Positions 61,276 to 64,000 of a DNA stretch of 64,000 nt are shown here, piece after piece (position 1 is the first letter of the stretch; each line of letters starts with the position of its first letter). The DNA is from an uncultured Methanomassiliicoccales archaeon. Lineage in GTDB: Archaea; Thermoplasmatota; Thermoplasmata; Methanomassiliicoccales; UBA472. The position numbers and the translations under genes are program-made. The notes beneath the pieces were generated by a model. The model was given only the letters and a program-made list of their open reading frames with translations. It ran no database searches and had not been told where the DNA came from. Where the stretch lies: NCBI GenBank assembly GCA_963695345.1, contig OY968769.1:2446441-2510440 (forward strand), given 5' to 3'.

Positions 61276-64000
61276 ATGTGGCCGGAATTCCTGATCATCT
61301 GTTATTCTGTTTTTGTCATTTCCTGCTTGGTCATATTCATTGCCCTGCTGGGCAGGAGGCCGATCAGGGTCAGGGCAGGCTTGGTCATGCTTCCAGCTTG
61401 CGCATTGCTCTCTTTCGCATCGATAATTCAGACAATGTCCCCGAATTTCACGACCCTTCTGGTTACCTACTACTTCAACTCCCTCATGTTTGTGGTAATT
61501 TTCACCGGCTACATATTCTTCGCCGGAGAGTTCACCGACAGGTTCGATCCATTCAAAAAGAGGAACCTGATCCTGATACTTGCTGTCCCAGTGGTCGTCA
61601 CTTTTTCGCTTATAACCGACCCCTGGCTTCACCTTTTCAATTCGTCATACTCTCTGTTGAGCGTACCGGACTTTGAACAGCAATTGCTCGGCATCCAGAT
61701 ATCGTGGATGAACTTCATATGGACCGCCTACTGCTATGTCATCGGGGCGATTTTCACCTTCATTCTTGCGGTGCGTCTGAACCGCGAACGCAGCAAGGTC
61801 ATCCTGTACATATTCTTGATGAGCTTCGGGATCTGCTACTCCATGAACATCGGGTCACTGTTCTATGTGGACCTCATGGTGATGCCGATCGACGGGCTGT
61901 CGTTCACGTTTGTTACCCTCCTATTCTACACGGCAGCTCTGGGTTTCGGATACTTCGATATTGCTCCAGTTGCGCGTAAGAAGATGTTAGATGTCATGAA
62001 GGACGCGATCTTCGTCCTCGATTCACAGGGTTCGATTACCGATGTCAACACTGCCGGTGCAGGATTGATCGGAAAGGAGAGGAACGAACTATTAAGAAAA
62101 CCCCCATCCGCGATCATTCAAAAGTTCCCAGGATTGACAGAACTGATCATTCGAAAGGAATCATTTTCGAACATCGAGACAAGCGATGAAATGGGAAGGA
62201 CCTATAACGTGGAAATGATCCCCTTCCAGTACGGAAAGATCGGTCAATTCGGGAACATGCTGGTAATGAACGATACGACCGAAAGGAAGAAAGCGGAGAG
62301 GAAGTTCCTAGAGGCCGAGACCAGGGCCAAGATGGCCGAGGTCGATCGGAAATATAGGACCCTAGTGGATAACCAGACCGAGTCGATCATAACCTTTGAC
62401 GTGAATGGTAAAATCACATTCGGAAATCCTGTCTTTGACCGTATCATAAGGAAAATCGGAAAAGAACTTCATAAGGCCAACCTCAGCGACATCATGAGCG
62501 ACATGGATAGGGAGACGATGTGGACCTTGATCCATAGGGCCACAGCCGGGAGGCCGGAATTTCATTACGAACATATGATCTCATTCTCTGAGGATGAGGT
62601 CCTCTGGCTTCATTGGCAGGGAAAGGTGATATTCGACCAGAACGGCTCGATCAGAGAGGTCCAATCCGCCGCGATGGATATCACCGAGAAAAAGACCAGC
62701 GAGGCGGAATATCAGGCCATTGTGGAATGCCAGAAGGAAATGATAGTGCGGAGGACAAAAGCCGGCCGGATCAACTTTGCCAATCAGGCATTTTCCGCGT
62801 TCTTTGATGTCCCCATCGGGGAGCTCATCGGCAGCAGCTACTTCCCCCCGGCGGACGAGGAAGACATCATCTCCTTCATGGACGCCATTTCCTCGCTCAC
62901 CAAGGATAAACCGGATCATGATTTTCTTCCTTTGAAAGTGTTCCTCGCCGATGATATCACCAGGTTCACCGAATGGAAGGTGCGCGGCATTTTTGATTCC
63001 AAGGACCGGTTGATCGAATATCAGGCCGTGGGCAATGACATCACCGACAAGCTAAAAATGGAACAGGAGCTTGTCAAGACCCAGAAACTCGAGTCCATAG
63101 GGGTCCTGGCCGGAGGGATCGCCCATGATTTCAACAACCTTTTGTCCTCGATAGTCAGCAACATCGAGGTAGCCACATCTGAGGCAACGATCGAGAGGGC
63201 TGCACGCCACAGGCTCGACGAGGCGGTAAGGACGGCTTTGAGCGCCAGGCGTCTTACTCAGCAGCTCCTCACATTCTCTACGGGGGGTAAACCGGTGAAG
63301 GAGGCAATGGACATCGCCACCATGTTGCGACCGAACATCGAGTTCACCCTCGCCGGTTCAAATGTCAAAGCTGATTACCGCATCACGAGCGATCTGCGCC
63401 ATATCTCGGCGGACCCATTCCAGATCAGCCAGGTCATCAACAACCTGGTAATCAACGCCATCCAGGCGATGCCAGACGGGGGAAGGATCATTGTGAACGC
63501 GTCTAACGCAGAGACCAAAGAGACGCCCACGGACCTGGCCGACGGAGTGGAATATATCGAGATATCCATAGCGGATACCGGTGCTGGGATGCCCGAAGAG
63601 ATACAGAATAAGATCTTCGACCCTTTCTTCACCACCAAGAAGAAAGGAACTGGTTTGGGACTTTCCACGGTTCAATCCATTGTCAAGAACCATCATGGAA
63701 GCATCCGGGTGGAATCCAAGCTGGGGGAGGGAACGACGTTCAACATCTACCTTCCAGCGTGTGAAAAGGACCTGATGGAGCTACCGGAACAACTACCCAA
63801 GGCGGTAAGGGTACGGGAAGCCAAGATCTGGTGATGGACGACGATGAGTCGATATTAGACGTCCTTTCGATAATCCTTTCCGACATGGGCCATCATGTGG
63901 AGGTTGCCAGGACCGGGGAGGAGGCGGTGGAGTCTGTCTCCTCATCCGTCTCCGATAATGCGAGATTCGACCTGATCATAATGGACCTGACGATCAAGGG
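61276..64000 (+). CDS. membrane-bound sensor histidine kinase (7-TM N-terminal domain, PAS x3, HisKA, HATPase) probably fused to a C-terminal REC (frameshift at about 63830; runs off the window)
   Basis: Seven N-terminal TM helices. IAHDFNNLLSSI (H-box). GTGLGLSTV (G2). After an in-frame stop at 63832, MDDDESILDVLSIILSD...DLIIMDLTIKG is a receiver N-terminus. Confidence 0.8.

Overview
This 64-kb window is GC-rich (about 58-60%) and looks archaeal, because it carries an archaeal-type SAM synthetase, FEN-1, a TRAM protein, FtsZ, an Mvh-type [NiFe] hydrogenase and REC-first PAS histidine kinases. That would be consistent with a Thermoplasmatota or Methanomassiliicoccales-like methanogen MAG, but the lineage is inference only. 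It is mostly chromosomal housekeeping and energy-metabolism genes, with one accessory stretch in the middle.

In order along the window:
- Start to about 13.8 kb: a DUF835/HhH protein, ileS, fen, TRAM, DUF3052, rpe, usp and an MFS transporter.
- Between the MFS gene and rnz: a decayed integrated element of about 1.1 kb, an integrase C-terminal fragment flanked by perfect 25-bp direct repeats.
- Then rnz, a CBS regulator and archaeal metK.
- 14-20 kb: a glycosylated PQQ/PKD surface protein, DUF4430 and a dedicated ECF transporter (EcfT, fused EcfAA', S component), possibly for B12 or cobalt.
- 19.7-21.9 kb: a YyaL-like thioredoxin-domain protein.
- 22.5-28.4 kb: an operon encoding an MvhD/polyferredoxin fusion, NfnA (SudB), NfnB (SudA), MvhG and MvhA, which looks like an NfnAB-coupled [NiFe] hydrogenase.
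- gdhA.
- 30.5-36 kb, the most unusual part: a hypothetical coiled-coil protein, then an SPFH/Band-7 YdjI-like protein ending in three tandem zinc ribbons, then three paralogous zinc-ribbon proteins, then LemA, then a TPM-domain protein. This resembles a PspA-free version of the bacterial Psp partner module (ydjGHI).
- 36-52 kb: membrane proteins, an MsrA islet flanked by two thioredoxin-like paralogs, a Lys/Ala-rich H1-like protein, a CPA2 antiporter, a hydantoinase-family protein, SatP and an AhpD-like protein.
- 47-64 kb: four large PAS histidine kinases, with ftsZ among them.

The assembly carries dozens of frameshifts. At least one sits in a homopolymer, which suggests long-read indel errors rather than genuine pseudogenes. 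Coordinates for frameshifted genes are therefore approximate spans. I found no tRNA, rRNA or CRISPR array.
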